Shown: positions 29,361 through 39,823, counted from the stretch's first letter. The stretch: 64,000 nt of DNA from an uncultured Oscillospiraceae bacterium (GCA_910577365.1 CAJTMU010000005.1:8489-72488); one strand, 5' to 3'. The notes: generated by a model not told the origin, from the sequence alone. Program-made: numbers and translations.

Positions 29361-31649
29361 TTACCTGCCAACTGTGACCGCGATAACGCTGATATCGTCC
29401 TCTCTGCCGTTTTCGGCAGCTCTGGCGGCACGGGCTATCTTCTCGGAAAGCTCCTTGGCGGGAGTGTCGGAGCTAAGCTCGCGCGAGAGCCATTCCTCGT
29501 CCAGTACCGCCCCGTCGGTAGTCATTATTATTTTATCGCCCGCAGAAACGGTGAATTTTTGGGCGGGAACAGTCAGCTTCCCTCCCATTCCCGCAGGAGG
29601 CGATGACAGGCTTGCGCGCAGCAGCTTGTCGGCGGATTTTATGTAGGTGGTTGCCGCGCCCGCCTTGTAAACAGCGCATTCGCCCGTGTTGAGGTCAATT
29701 TTGCAGATATCCAGCGTGGCGAAGCTCTCATCGGTGCTTTTTACCATAAGAACGGTATTAACCGTTTCCAGCGCCGCCGAGAGAGTAAACCCGCCCTTAA
29801 GCAGACGCGATATCACCGAACAAGCCATTGCCGAATCTATGCGCGCCCTGCTGCCGCTTCCCATACCGTCGGAAAGCACGATATACAGCGCACCTTGCGC
29901 ATCGGTGAAGCTGTCGTAGCAGTCACCGCAGACGCGGTTTTTGCCACGGCTCAGCTGAAAAGCGCCTATTTCAGCGGAAAGCGTGCAGCGCTCCTGTGCG
30001 GTAAGCCTCCAGCGCTTTTTTGCGGAGTTTTTATCCGACGGTCCACCCGCGTTTATCTGCGGCAGCTCCAGTTCTCTGCCAAGAACCCCTATCAAAAGCT
30101 CACCGAGATAGGAGCGGTCGACGCGCGGCTCGCTGTCACCATATGCTTCAAGAAACATTCTCCCCTGCTTGTCCACCGAAACAAAGGCTTTCGCGCCCTC
30201 CATGCCGCTTTCACGCAGCAGCTTTTCCACACGACGCTCTGCAGATTTGTTCAGCGAGCCGCGACCCATGCAGCCCATATCCCGCAGAATATCGTGAACT
30301 CCCTCAAGCTGATCGGTATAGATACGGCGCAATTCCTTTATGCGCTGTTCGTCCGCGGCGGCGGAGAGATAGCGCTTGTATTCCGTCATAACGGAGCGCG
30401 CCACAATATCGCCGTTCTTGCAGTCCTCCGCGCATTCGGCGCTTAAAGAGCCGCCGTTTATCTCCTCTCCGCTGCGCACACACTTCATAAGCCGCTCAAA
30501 CTCGCCGCGGAACTGCTCGTATTTCTCACCCCAGCAGGTCATACTGTTGGGACAGGTCTTGCAGGCTCTGTCGGCGGCGCGCTCCGCAGCCTGCTCCAAG
30601 GTGGCTCCGTATTTTCTGTCAAGCGTATCGGCAGCAGCGGAAAGCCCTGTGCCTATCCCCGCTATCGCGTCTGCCGCAAAGCACAAGCGCTCGCGCAGCA
30701 TCATGGCAATGGTGCTGTCGGAAAACTCTTTTTCCGATGAGCGCGCCTTTTCAACAGGCAATACCACAAATAATATCCCTGCCGCGGCAGCTTCTATAAC
30801 AAGACTCCAGTTCCCCTCATCAATGCCTCCCACAAGAGCGCCTGAGCAGCAAAAGAACACAAATCCCGCCGCTCTTGTCAGCTTGCCGTATTTCGTAAGA
30901 AAGCAGCTTACCACCACTGCAAAGCAAACAGCCGCCGCACCGCGCCCTATATCCGCGTTTGCAGCGCAAAGTCCGCCAAGAGCGGAAAGTCCGAACACGG
31001 CGCAATAAGCCAATCCGCGGCGTGCCGTTACGGCAAGCAGCAGAAATCCAAGCGCCAGCCTGCCGATATTAAGAAACGGATAATCCAGCACCCCGAGCGC
31101 CATAAATCCCAAAGCCGTTATAACCGCCGCTTTCGCGCAGTCACGCGGCTCGGAGATGTCAAAGCCCCTTATCGAAACGGATTCGGAAATAAGGCTTACA
31201 CAGGCGGCAAAAACGCCCGCAGCAACCGCCGCGATTATGGTGAAAATAAGCTGTGAAGGCTCGGTGACCTCAGCGGAGCGGGGGAAAAAGCAGGCAAGTG
31301 CCGCCGCAAGTGCCCGCAAAGCAGCCCGCAGTTTACTGTTTCGCATATCGGGAATAAGCCTTGCGGCAAGTATTATCGCCATACCCGAAAGATTTATCAG
31401 TCCGTCGGGCAGTCCGTGCAGCAGCGCCCCGAAGATTCCGCCGAATAAAACGCTGAAGCATTTTCCGCCCGAAAGCCCCGCCGCAAGAGCCGAAGATGAA
31501 GGCGCGGCGGAAAGCGAAGAAGCCCCCAGCTCCATCGCAAAGCCCGCTATGCTCCAGATAAGGTTGTCCTTTACAAATTCGGCAGATGTGGCTTTCACTT
31601 TTGTCTTTGTTTTTTTAAGGATCACAGTATTTTCTTTTGTTTCTGTCAT
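29361..31649 (-). CDS. spoIIE: Stage II sporulation protein E (PP2C phosphatase)
   Basis: Multiple N-terminal TMs, C..C...CW motif, CGD, LSDGMGSG, ATLD, TDG, DDISV. Confidence 0.88.
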   Translation of the reverse strand: MTETKENTVILKKTKTKVKATSAEFVKDNLIWSIAGFAMELGASSLSAAPSSSALAAGLSGGKCFSVLFGGIFGALLHGLPDGLINLSGMAIILAARLIPDMRNSKLRAALRALAAALACFFPRSAEVTEPSQLIFTIIAAVAAGVFAACVSLISESVSIRGFDISEPRDCAKAAVITALGFMALGVLDYPFLNIGRLALGFLLLAVTARRGLAYCAVFGLSALGGLCAANADIGRGAAAVCFAVVVSCFLTKYGKLTRAAGFVFFCCSGALVGGIDEGNWSLVIEAAAAGILFVVLPVEKARSSEKEFSDSTIAMMLRERLCFAADAIAGIGTGLSAAADTLDRKYGATLEQAAERAADRACKTCPNSMTCWGEKYEQFRGEFERLMKCVRSGEEINGGSLSAECAEDCKNGDIVARSVMTEYKRYLSAAADEQRIKELRRIYTDQLEGVHDILRDMGCMGRGSLNKSAERRVEKLLRESGMEGAKAFVSVDKQGRMFLEAYGDSEPRVDRSYLGELLIGVLGRELELPQINAGGPSDKNSAKKRWRLTAQERCTLSAEIGAFQLSRGKNRVCGDCYDSFTDAQGALYIVLSDGMGSGSRARIDSAMACSVISRLLKGGFTLSAALETVNTVLMVKSTDESFATLDICKIDLNTGECAVYKAGAATTYIKSADKLLRASLSSPPAGMGGKLTVPAQKFTVSAGDKIIMTTDGAVLDEEWLSRELSSDTPAKELSEKIARAARAAENGREDDISVIAVTVGR

Positions 31650-31795
31650 GATTAACGTCCTTTCGCAATATATTTTCCCCGCGGCGGATATACCGCCGCT
31701 CAGTAAATGGTATCACTTTATGCATAAAAAAACTGTCACAAGCGGTTGTAAATAAATGTTAGGTGCAAGGGAATAATATATTTTCATAAAAGCCT

Positions 31796-31824
31796 TTGAC
31801 AAAACGGCTCAAATATGATATAAT
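31796..31824 (+). promoter_or_regulatory. Consensus sigma-A promoter
   Basis: TTGACA-17-TATAAT with extended TG. Confidence 0.75.
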
Positions 31825-32057
31825 TATTTAGAAGCAAGAGATTTACAGACGGGGATAAAAAGCAGCGATTCGCTGACAATCTCCGACCAATTGCAACCCG
31901 GCGCAATAATGTTATATCGGCAAATCCATGCGGTCTATTTTAAAGAACGGCATAATGCTTAACAGTTCTCGTCGGGCATGCTCAACGGATAAGATAGCCG
32001 ATGAAATGGAGAACGTCAGACGGAGATTAAGATTTTTTTAAATTTAAGGAGAAAAGT

Positions 32058-32465
32058 ATGAATGTAGAGTTTGAAGCGGCATTGCAGTATATTAATTTAG
32101 AAAGCTATGACAATGCCATATCACATCTGAACAAGGCGATAGATAAAGAAATGGATGAAGGAAACGAAGGAACGGCGATGGAATATCGCTGCGTTCTCGG
32201 AGAGCTTCTCGCCAATCTTGACCGAAAAGAAGAGGCGCGTGACGAGTTTGCCGCAGTAGTGGACTACTGCGATTTTTCAAACGGCCTGCCAAAACAGAAG
32301 ATAATTGCGGGCGCTTTTATCAAGGCTATTGACGAGAGCGGTCCGCTGCCGAGGTTTGACGTTTCGGCAGGAACGGAGACAAAACGCAATCCAAGCGTTC
32401 CGCTTATCCCAAAGCCCATGCAAAACAAATCCTTTATTTCAAGGCAGATGAATAAGAGGAAGTAA
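32058..32465 (+). CDS. Small TPR-like hypothetical protein
   Basis: YDNAISHLNKAI...LGELLANLDRKEEARDEF; AAGGAG RBS. Confidence 0.7.
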   Translation: MNVEFEAALQYINLESYDNAISHLNKAIDKEMDEGNEGTAMEYRCVLGELLANLDRKEEARDEFAAVVDYCDFSNGLPKQKIIAGAFIKAIDESGPLPRFDVSAGTETKRNPSVPLIPKPMQNKSFISRQMNKRK

Positions 32466-32567
32466 CAAATCAGTTCGGTTTGCAGAACAATCCGGACCGC
32501 CATAACGCCGTGTGAGATTTACGGATAATCAAATCAGGTCAGCCTTTATGACATCGGAGGGATACCC

Positions 32568-33056
32568 ATGCAAAGACGCGACAAGACGAATTATTATCTT
32601 GACATAGCTTCTACCGTAGCGGAGCGCAGCACCTGCTTAAGGCGCTGCTTCGGCGCGATAATCGTCAGCCGTGACGAAATAATCGCGACCGGCTATAACG
32701 GCGCTCCCCGCGGACGGGTAAACTGTTCTGATCTCGGCAGCTGTCTGAGGGAGAAGCTGAAGATTCCCAAGGGGCAGCGTTATGAGCTGTGCCGCTCGGT
32801 GCACGCGGAGGCAAACTGCATTATCAGCGCTCCGCGGGGCGATATGATAGGCTCGACGCTTTATCTCGCATGCCACGACGCGAAAACGGGGGAGTTGTAC
32901 GGGGACGTGGAGCCATGCTCGATGTGCAAGCGGCAGATAATCAACGCGGGCATTGAGCGGGTAATAATCCGCGTTACCCCGACAGAATACAGGACGCTTC
33001 AGGTAAGCGACTGGATAGAAAACGACGAGAGCCTTGTCGGAAGCGAGGGATACTAA
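32568..33056 (+). CDS. dCMP deaminase / ComEB family
   Basis: STCLRR, TGYNGAPRG, HAEAN, PCSMC. Confidence 0.9.
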   Translation: MQRRDKTNYYLDIASTVAERSTCLRRCFGAIIVSRDEIIATGYNGAPRGRVNCSDLGSCLREKLKIPKGQRYELCRSVHAEANCIISAPRGDMIGSTLYLACHDAKTGELYGDVEPCSMCKRQIINAGIERVIIRVTPTEYRTLQVSDWIENDESLVGSEGY

Positions 33057-33908
33057 TTGCGGCTGACGGATATAAAGGAAATAAAAAGGCTTTTTGAAAT
33101 GAGCGGGTTTTCCTTTTCAAAATCGCTGGGTCAGAATTTCCTCATAAATCCCGCAGTCTGCCCGAAGATAGCGGAGCTTGGCGGATGTAAAAAGGGCGTT
33201 TGCGCACTGGAGATTGGCACGGGCGTGGGGGTGCTCACCCGCGAACTGGCTGAGCGCTGCGACAAAGTGGTCGCGGTGGAAATAGACAGGCGGCTTGAGC
33301 CTATATTAAAGGAAACCCTTGCGGACTATGACAACGTTGAGGTCGTTTTCGCGGATATTATGGAGATAGACGCGGCGAGGCTTATCGAGGAAAAATTCGG
33401 GGGCGGCGAGGCGGTTGTCTGCGCGAACCTTCCTTATTATATAACCTCGCCCGTAATTATGCGTGTTCTGGAAAGCCGTCTGCCCGTTTCCGCGATGACG
33501 GTTATGGTGCAGAAAGAAGCGGCGGACAGGATATGCGCGAAGCCAGGAACAAGGGATTGCGGTGCGATATCCCTTGCCGTAAGCTATTACAGCGAACCGA
33601 AAATGCTGTTCAGGGTGAACCGCGGCAGTTTTATGCCATCGCCAAACGTTGACAGCGCGGTTATAAGGCTGGATATCAAGCGGGAGCTTCCGCTTGCGCC
33701 CGATACGGAAAAGCGGCTTTTCCGCTTAGTACGCGCCGCCTTTGCTCAAAGGAGAAAGCAGCTTGTAAACCCGCTTTCCGCGGAGCTTGGAAAAAGCAAG
33801 TCGGAGGTCGCGGAGCTTCTGGCGGAATGCGGGATAAAGCCGACGGCGAGAGCGGAGGAGCTTTCGCTTGAAAAATTTATAACGCTTGCCAAGAAAAGCG
33901 CTCAATAG
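33057..33908 (+). CDS. rsmA: 16S rRNA adenine dimethyltransferase
   Basis: KSLGQNFL, LEIGTGVG, ANLPYYIT, P.PNVDSAV, FAQRRK. Confidence 0.95.
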   Translation: MRLTDIKEIKRLFEMSGFSFSKSLGQNFLINPAVCPKIAELGGCKKGVCALEIGTGVGVLTRELAERCDKVVAVEIDRRLEPILKETLADYDNVEVVFADIMEIDAARLIEEKFGGGEAVVCANLPYYITSPVIMRVLESRLPVSAMTVMVQKEAADRICAKPGTRDCGAISLAVSYYSEPKMLFRVNRGSFMPSPNVDSAVIRLDIKRELPLAPDTEKRLFRLVRAAFAQRRKQLVNPLSAELGKSKSEVAELLAECGIKPTARAEELSLEKFITLAKKSAQ

Positions 33909-33995
33909 AGCGTAATATTTTGAATTTATTCGCAGAAAACGCGAAAATGTTGTTGACAAAGCGATAACCATATAGTATAATATAATTGTCATATT

Positions 33996-34565
33996 ATGTA
34001 TGGCAATTATATTATACTATCATGGATGAACTTTTATGAAGAAGAACACAATTGTTTTACCTATGGCGATTTCGGTTGCTATGTTAGTTCGCCATTGACA
34101 GTCACGGCTGAAGAAATTGACAACAATGATTTGCAGGAAATTTACGTTACATTGTCCGTTGATGAATTTGCGGAATTTGCAGCAGATTACGGCTATTCTG
34201 TTACAATTGCTGACAGCAACACTCCCAGTCCACATATGCACCAAACGGGCGAGTACGAATTTACAGACAACTCATATCACAAAATAGACACTGACAGTGT
34301 TATTATTAACGAGGAAGCTCAGATTCAAAACATTGAGTTCAGCGATAATATCGATTCGGTTGACGTAAAATTTTATATTGGTACAAGTCAAACAGCTTAT
34401 GAAACGAAAAAAATCAAATCGGGTGGGCATTCTAATACCGTGTCTATACCTGCTGGTAAGAAGTATTCTTTTTGGATGAGGGCAAACAGCAGTACCCCAC
34501 TTTCAGCCAAAAACCCAGGAACCGTTTCATATTATTGGACAGACAGAGGATGGGAGTTGGTATAA
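33996..34565 (+). CDS. Hypothetical AT-rich protein (start uncertain)
   Basis: 189-aa ORF after TTGACA..TATAAT (about 33953-33981); no family recognised. Confidence 0.5.
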   Translation: MYGNYIILSWMNFYEEEHNCFTYGDFGCYVSSPLTVTAEEIDNNDLQEIYVTLSVDEFAEFAADYGYSVTIADSNTPSPHMHQTGEYEFTDNSYHKIDTDSVIINEEAQIQNIEFSDNIDSVDVKFYIGTSQTAYETKKIKSGGHSNTVSIPAGKKYSFWMRANSSTPLSAKNPGTVSYYWTDRGWELV

Positions 34566-34913
34566 ATGACACAAAAAGCACACTCATCAAAACACATTTT
34601 GATACGTATCGCGATTATCTTGGCAGCATGTGCGTTGCTCGCGGGAGCGCTCAGACTCATTTGGGTAATTCGATGCAACGTCTTATTTGAGGGCTGGGTT
34701 CTTTCCGGATATGGGTTTGAGGAAGGCATTTTCCCCCAGAAAATCACAGCTGCGGATATGGCTGTGGTGGATGACGTACTTGGCGACAACGGCATATCCT
34801 ACAAGCTTAACGAGGAGGGCAACCTTGTGGTTGTACGCAATTATGAGGAAGAAAAAGCAAAAGTTCTTCTGAAAAACTGCGGATATGAATTTGACGGCTA
34901 TATTGTAGAATGA
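34566..34913 (+). CDS. Hypothetical membrane-anchored protein
   Basis: N-terminal TM segment; abuts the previous ORF. Confidence 0.6.
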   Translation: MTQKAHSSKHILIRIAIILAACALLAGALRLIWVIRCNVLFEGWVLSGYGFEEGIFPQKITAADMAVVDDVLGDNGISYKLNEEGNLVVVRNYEEEKAKVLLKNCGYEFDGYIVE

Positions 34914-34944
34914 TATCTGTACCCCTCGCCGAATGACGAGGGGT

Positions 34945-35136
34945 CAGCTTGTAGAAAATGCTTATATGCCACGCAATGTTGGCGCAAGAAATTTCAAAAA
35001 GTGTCAGAATTTGCTATGCAAATTCTGACCGGTTTCCGCAATCGCGCGGAGTGAGCGCAGCGAACGGCGCGTAATTGCGGGAATTTTGAAATTTTTTTAA
35101 ATAATACACTCTTGGTCACACTTTATATACAGCCTG
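34945..35136. mobile_element. MITE-like element flanked by duplicated hairpins
   Basis: Imperfect TIRs CAGCTTGTAGAAAA / TTTATATACAGCCTG; near-copy at 39824-40012. Confidence 0.7.
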
Positions 35137-35182
35137 ACCCCCGCCAAACGGCGAGGAGTATATATTCTAAAGAGGTGATAAA

Positions 35183-35356
35183 ATGAGATTTTACAATTGC
35201 AGCGAGACTGCTCCATGCAGGGTCTGACTTCGGACGAAGCCGCATGGAGCATTTCGACCCGCCGCAGCTGACTTACTGGAGGCTTATGGGTCTTGGATAA
35301 TATCGTCCGTCGGACTTTGCTTTTTTAAACAATAAATTTTAAAAAGGGGCAAAGTC
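35183..35356 (+). promoter_or_regulatory. Leader peptide (35183-35227, MRFYNCSETAPCRV) and RBS-sequestering hairpin
   Basis: GAGGTG RBS before a 14-codon ORF; GACTTTGCTTTTTTAAA pairs with TTTAAAAAGGGGCAAAGTC, covering the MFS RBS. Confidence 0.6.
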
Positions 35357-35358
35357 TT

Positions 35359-36648
35359 ATGAAAAAAACTTTCAAGGAACTAAGATATTTTCTTATTTTA
35401 TGGCTTACCCAGTCCTTTTCGGCGCTGGGAAGCTCTATGACAAATTTCGCGCTGGTGCTCTGGCTGTACGGCGAGAGCGGCTCGGCGCTCTCCACCGCGC
35501 TGCTTTCGGTGTGCTCCTACGCGCCGTACGTGCTTATGAGCATTTTCGCGGGAGCGCTGAGCGACAAGTGGGACAAGCGCCGCACCATGCTTGTTTGCGA
35601 TAGCCTTGCGGCGGTCTGCACGCTTATCGTTATCGCGCTTATGCTATCGGGCAGGCTTGAGGTGTGGCATTTATACATACTCAATGCCGTAAACGGACTT
35701 ATGAACACAGTTCAGCAGCCCGCATCGGACGTAGCAATAACGCTTCTCACGCCGCCTGAGCATTTTCAGAAAGTGAGCGGTATGCGCTCGTTCTCAAATT
35801 CGCTGGTAACTATTCTTACGCCTGCTCTGGCGACGGCTGTGATGTCCTTTTTCGGCATTTTTGCCGTGTTTGCTGTGGACATGGTCACATTTCTGGCGGC
35901 GTTTCTTTCGTTGCTGCTGTTTATCAGGATACCCGACATCGCGGGCGGCTCCGAAGTTAAGGAATCCATGTTATCCGCGGCAAAAAGCGGGCTTAAATAT
36001 CTGAAAACCAACCGCGGGATATTGTGGCTGATACTGTTTCTCGCAGCAATAAACCTTATCGCCTCCATGTACGACGCCATGCTGCCCGCGCTTATTCTTC
36101 CGCGCGAAAACGGCGGCGAGAGCGCGCTGGGCTGGGTCAACACATTTGTTGGCATAGCCACGCTCGCGGGCAGCGTTATAATAACGATTATGCCCGCCCC
36201 CAAAAGCCGCGTAAAGATGATATGCAACACACTGCTTTTCTCCATGAGCACGGAAAATTTCCTGTTGGCCTTCGGTCGGTCTCCCGTTATATGGTGTATC
36301 GGCGCGGTGCTCGGCTGGATAACAATTCCCATTATGAACGGCTGCATGGACGTGCTGTTCCGCACCAAAATACCCGCGGAACTGCAGGGGAGAGTGTATT
36401 CCGCGCGAAACACGTTTCAATTCTTTACTATCCCGATAGGCTTTTTTCTTGGGGGATTTCTGGTGGACAATGTTTTCGAGCCGTTTATGAGCAGGCTGTC
36501 CGCGGACAGTCTGCCCGTGATACTCTTCGGAAGCGGAAAGGGTTCGGGCGCGGCGGCGCTCTCGTTCGTGCTTGGCATTGCGGGAGCAGCAGTGTGCCTT
36601 ATTTTCCGATGGAATCGGCATATCCGCGCATTGGACGATAATCTGTAA
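35359..36648 (+). CDS. MFS efflux transporter (DHA3/Mef-like)
   Basis: About 12 TMs, QSFSALGSSMTNFAL, GALSDKWDKRRTM, IPAELQGRV. Confidence 0.85.
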   Translation: MKKTFKELRYFLILWLTQSFSALGSSMTNFALVLWLYGESGSALSTALLSVCSYAPYVLMSIFAGALSDKWDKRRTMLVCDSLAAVCTLIVIALMLSGRLEVWHLYILNAVNGLMNTVQQPASDVAITLLTPPEHFQKVSGMRSFSNSLVTILTPALATAVMSFFGIFAVFAVDMVTFLAAFLSLLLFIRIPDIAGGSEVKESMLSAAKSGLKYLKTNRGILWLILFLAAINLIASMYDAMLPALILPRENGGESALGWVNTFVGIATLAGSVIITIMPAPKSRVKMICNTLLFSMSTENFLLAFGRSPVIWCIGAVLGWITIPIMNGCMDVLFRTKIPAELQGRVYSARNTFQFFTIPIGFFLGGFLVDNVFEPFMSRLSADSLPVILFGSGKGSGAAALSFVLGIAGAAVCLIFRWNRHIRALDDNL

Positions 36649-37005
36649 TATAAAATGCCCCCGACGCGGTTTCCTGCGAGCGGGGGCAATCATTATTCCG
36701 AATTGCAATCACTGCCGGCGGGTAATAAAGCCTCAAAATGGCGCCCAGTGATTTGTTTTATATGCCGAATTTATGGGCATAAAGCGCGTGTCTAACCAAA
36801 TGATTTATTTGGAGATAGGTTATGTACGAATTCCCGCCGCAGCCTGAAGCTGTTTTATTTGAAAGAACGGAGCGGTCGTCAATCACTTTAAAAACTCTAA
36901 AAAAATTAAAATACCCCGAAAAGTTTACAAAAACTTAATTTTTTAATGATATAATAACAGACGAAAAATGGGAAACGAGCGAACGGCGGGGAGGTGTACT
37001 GGCGT

Positions 37006-37545
37006 ATGAGAAGGAGAACTATATGTTCCGACAGTATTTTCGACGGCATGATATGCGATGGAAAACCCAGAATATATATCGCTAACCATATACACTCACG
37101 CGATATTGCAGCGGTTTTGGCAGCGCTGAACAAAAGCAAAACATGCCTGCTGATTTCCGAAAAGCGGTGTGCCGAAAATTCACGGCTGCGATATATCAAC
37201 AAAAAACGCGTGATAACAGTTGCGGGCGGGATAAATACCAAGTGGCTGCATGATGCGCTAAAACGGCTGAAAGGCGGCGAAAGCCTGCTGATATTCCCCG
37301 ACGGCGAAAACCGCGCTGACGCTTTAAACGACGGTTTCAACCCCGCGTTTGTGCTGCTGTCGCTTCTGAGCGGCGCTGAGATAATCCCGCTTTACAGCCG
37401 CCCAAGGCGGACTGTTTTTCACTGCCTGAACATTAAAGCGGGAGAGCCTATTCTGCCTGACAACACTGCGGCTTTGACTGCGGAAGTGCTGAAAAAAGAG
37501 GGTGAACGTGCCAGAATCGCATTATCCGCGCTTGCGGAATCGTAA
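37006..37545 (+). CDS. Divergent PlsC-like acyltransferase
   Basis: IYIANHIHSRD (HX4D), LLIFPDG, AEIIPLY; start uncertain (36994 or 37006). Confidence 0.65.
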   Translation: MRRRTICSDSIFDGMICDGKPRIYIANHIHSRDIAAVLAALNKSKTCLLISEKRCAENSRLRYINKKRVITVAGGINTKWLHDALKRLKGGESLLIFPDGENRADALNDGFNPAFVLLSLLSGAEIIPLYSRPRRTVFHCLNIKAGEPILPDNTAALTAEVLKKEGERARIALSALAES

Positions 37546-37596
37546 GGCGGCATATGCGTATTACATAAAATATTACTTAAGGGAGCGATTTCCGAT

Positions 37597-37854
37597 ATGT
37601 GTAAGCAAACAGCGGCGCCCGATATGATATCGGAGCTTACTGTTATTTTAAAAAGCGTTGCCCCAAACAGTCTGCAAAACCGCGTTCTGACCGAAAACTG
37701 TTCTCTTAAAGAGGGACTTGGGCTGGACGTTACTGGGCTTATACTTTTCGCGGTAGCGGTCGAGGACAACTACGACATACGCTTTAACAACGCCGATGAT
37801 ATTGAAACCGTCGGCGATATGATAGAATATATTTTAACGGAAAAGGGTCGGTGA
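37597..37854 (+). CDS. ACP-like protein lacking the conserved Ser
   Basis: SLKEGLGLDVTGL...VEDNYDIRF...IETVGDMIEYI. Confidence 0.65.
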   Translation: MCKQTAAPDMISELTVILKSVAPNSLQNRVLTENCSLKEGLGLDVTGLILFAVAVEDNYDIRFNNADDIETVGDMIEYILTEKGR

Positions 37855-37860
37855 ATACAT

Positions 37861-38721
37861 ATGAAAACAGGATTGATATTAGAGGGCGGAGCGGTAAGAG
37901 GCATCTTCACAGCTGGAGTGCTTGACCGCCTTATGGAGGACGAGATATATTTCCCGTATGTGGTGGGCGTTTCCGCGGGCGGCGGCAACGCCATGAGCTA
38001 CGTTTCCCGCCAGAAGAGGCGCACAGCGGATATGATAACCGTACAGGAGCAGGATTCCTACTACGGACTGAAGCAGTTTTTTAGAAGCGGAAAGTTGATA
38101 AATCTTGACAAAATGTCATATGAATATCCGTACCACCAATTCCCGTTCAATTTCGATACATATTTTAACAGCGGAATAGAAACAGAATATGTCTGCACCT
38201 GCTGTGAAACGGGCGAGGCAGAATATTTCGGGCAGTTTTCTGACGAAATGAGCCTGCTTACCGCCGCAAAAGCTACCTGCTCCGTGCCGATGCTTTGCGA
38301 ACCGGTGGAAATAGACGGGCATCACTATCTCGACGGCAGCATAGCGGACTCCATACCCATCGAACACGCGCTGGAATGCGGCTGCGATAAGCTGGTTATA
38401 GTTTTGACAAAACCAGACACCAGCACCGCGCCCACCGACTATCGCAAATTCCGTACCGTTATCAACTCCATGTACAGGCAATATCCTAACTTCGTGGAGG
38501 CTTGCATGACGAGAGTCGAGCGCTACGAAAAGACTGTAAGGCTAATGGATGAGCTTCAGGAGGATGGCAGGGTATTTATTTTTCGCCCGACGCTCCCCGC
38601 TATCTCTAAATTCGAGCACGACTCCGATAAAATAATGATGTCCTACAACGACGGGTACACCCAGGCGGACAGCCGCATGGAGAATCTTATGCAATGGTGC
38701 GAGGGGGTTTTTGTAAGGTGA
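37861..38721 (+). CDS. Patatin-like phospholipase
   Basis: EGGAVRG, GVSAG, LDGS. Confidence 0.9.
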   Translation: MKTGLILEGGAVRGIFTAGVLDRLMEDEIYFPYVVGVSAGGGNAMSYVSRQKRRTADMITVQEQDSYYGLKQFFRSGKLINLDKMSYEYPYHQFPFNFDTYFNSGIETEYVCTCCETGEAEYFGQFSDEMSLLTAAKATCSVPMLCEPVEIDGHHYLDGSIADSIPIEHALECGCDKLVIVLTKPDTSTAPTDYRKFRTVINSMYRQYPNFVEACMTRVERYEKTVRLMDELQEDGRVFIFRPTLPAISKFEHDSDKIMMSYNDGYTQADSRMENLMQWCEGVFVR

Positions 38722-39503
38722 TGACGCATATGACGGAATATGAAATATTTTGCGCGTGCTTTCCCATGTTAAATCTGAGCGAGCAGCTCTTTGAGGAGCT
38801 TTCCGAAATTAGCAACTGCGCACGTTTTAACGCCGAGGGCGGATTTGCGCTTGTAAAGGATAATACAATAATGCTTCTTGCCGTTCACCCCAATTATCGC
38901 GGAAAAGGCACGGGAAGCACTCTTTTAGAAATGTGCGAGAACGAAATAGGCGGAAAAGGCTATGAAAAGTCAGAGCTTGGCGGATTTCTTTATGGAGCAG
39001 TTGAGGGCAGCAACGGCTTTTTTGAAAAGCGCGGCTATACCCTCGGAAACGAATACTGCGAAATGAAAATATCGCTTTTGGACTACCACGACCCACTGTC
39101 CGATGTTGGTGCGAAATTCGGGTTTTACAACGATATAACGGATATATGTTCCGCGGTGGGCATGGTAGACGACGACTGGGTTCAATACTTTGACGGCGGG
39201 GGCGAATATTTCTGCGGTTTTGATCTTTCGGGAAAGCTTGTCAGCTTCTGCATAATCGGAGATGACGAGTGCTGTCTTATTTCTGAGGAAAATATCAGAA
39301 CAGGCAGCGTTGGCTGTGTCGGTACTGTTCCGGAAGCGCGCGGAAAAGGCATCGGGCTTAAAATGGTTTCTTTGGCGCTGGAAGAGCTTAAACGGCGAGG
39401 GTGTGATCAGTGCTTTATCCACCAGACTCATCTTTATGGCTGGTATGGAAAACTTGGAGCGCGGACCGTGCTGAAATTCAAAACAGCGGAGAAAAAAATA
39501 TAA
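38721..39503 (+). CDS. Tandem GNAT acetyltransferase
   Basis: Two acetyl-CoA motifs: VHPNYRGKGTG and TVPEARGKGIG; start approximate. Confidence 0.8.
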   Translation: MTHMTEYEIFCACFPMLNLSEQLFEELSEISNCARFNAEGGFALVKDNTIMLLAVHPNYRGKGTGSTLLEMCENEIGGKGYEKSELGGFLYGAVEGSNGFFEKRGYTLGNEYCEMKISLLDYHDPLSDVGAKFGFYNDITDICSAVGMVDDDWVQYFDGGGEYFCGFDLSGKLVSFCIIGDDECCLISEENIRTGSVGCVGTVPEARGKGIGLKMVSLALEELKRRGCDQCFIHQTHLYGWYGKLGARTVLKFKTAEKKI

Positions 39504-39823
39504 TTTCCTGTCCGCATAGCCCGTTGGACAAGCGCAAACGGCTATGCGGACAAGTCATATACAGATGTAATCCCGCCTTTATTCCGACTAAAAAGCAGTA
39601 TTAAACACAAACGGAAGGTAATCTCTATTTCTTATACGGCTGATACTGAAAAAATTGAGCGTGAACTGAATGGCATATTTCGGCTGTTTTTTGATACCGA
39701 ACCTCTTTCGTTTCAAATTGTAAACACAAGTCACGGCAAGGAGGATTTTAGATATGATTATAAAAGGGAATTAAGCACTATTTTCAGAACATTGAAAACC
39801 ATAAGCCAATATTATCGGTTTTC

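Noticed and set aside
36822..36938. 38-aa ORF with a GGAG RBS (MYEFPPQPEAV...)
   Set aside because: It runs into an AT-rich promoter region and has no supporting motif.
39630..39800. Short gene remnant (ELNGIFRLFFDTEPLSFQIVNTSHGKEDFR)
   Set aside because: Looks protein-like but has no clear start and I cannot assign a family from sequence alone.
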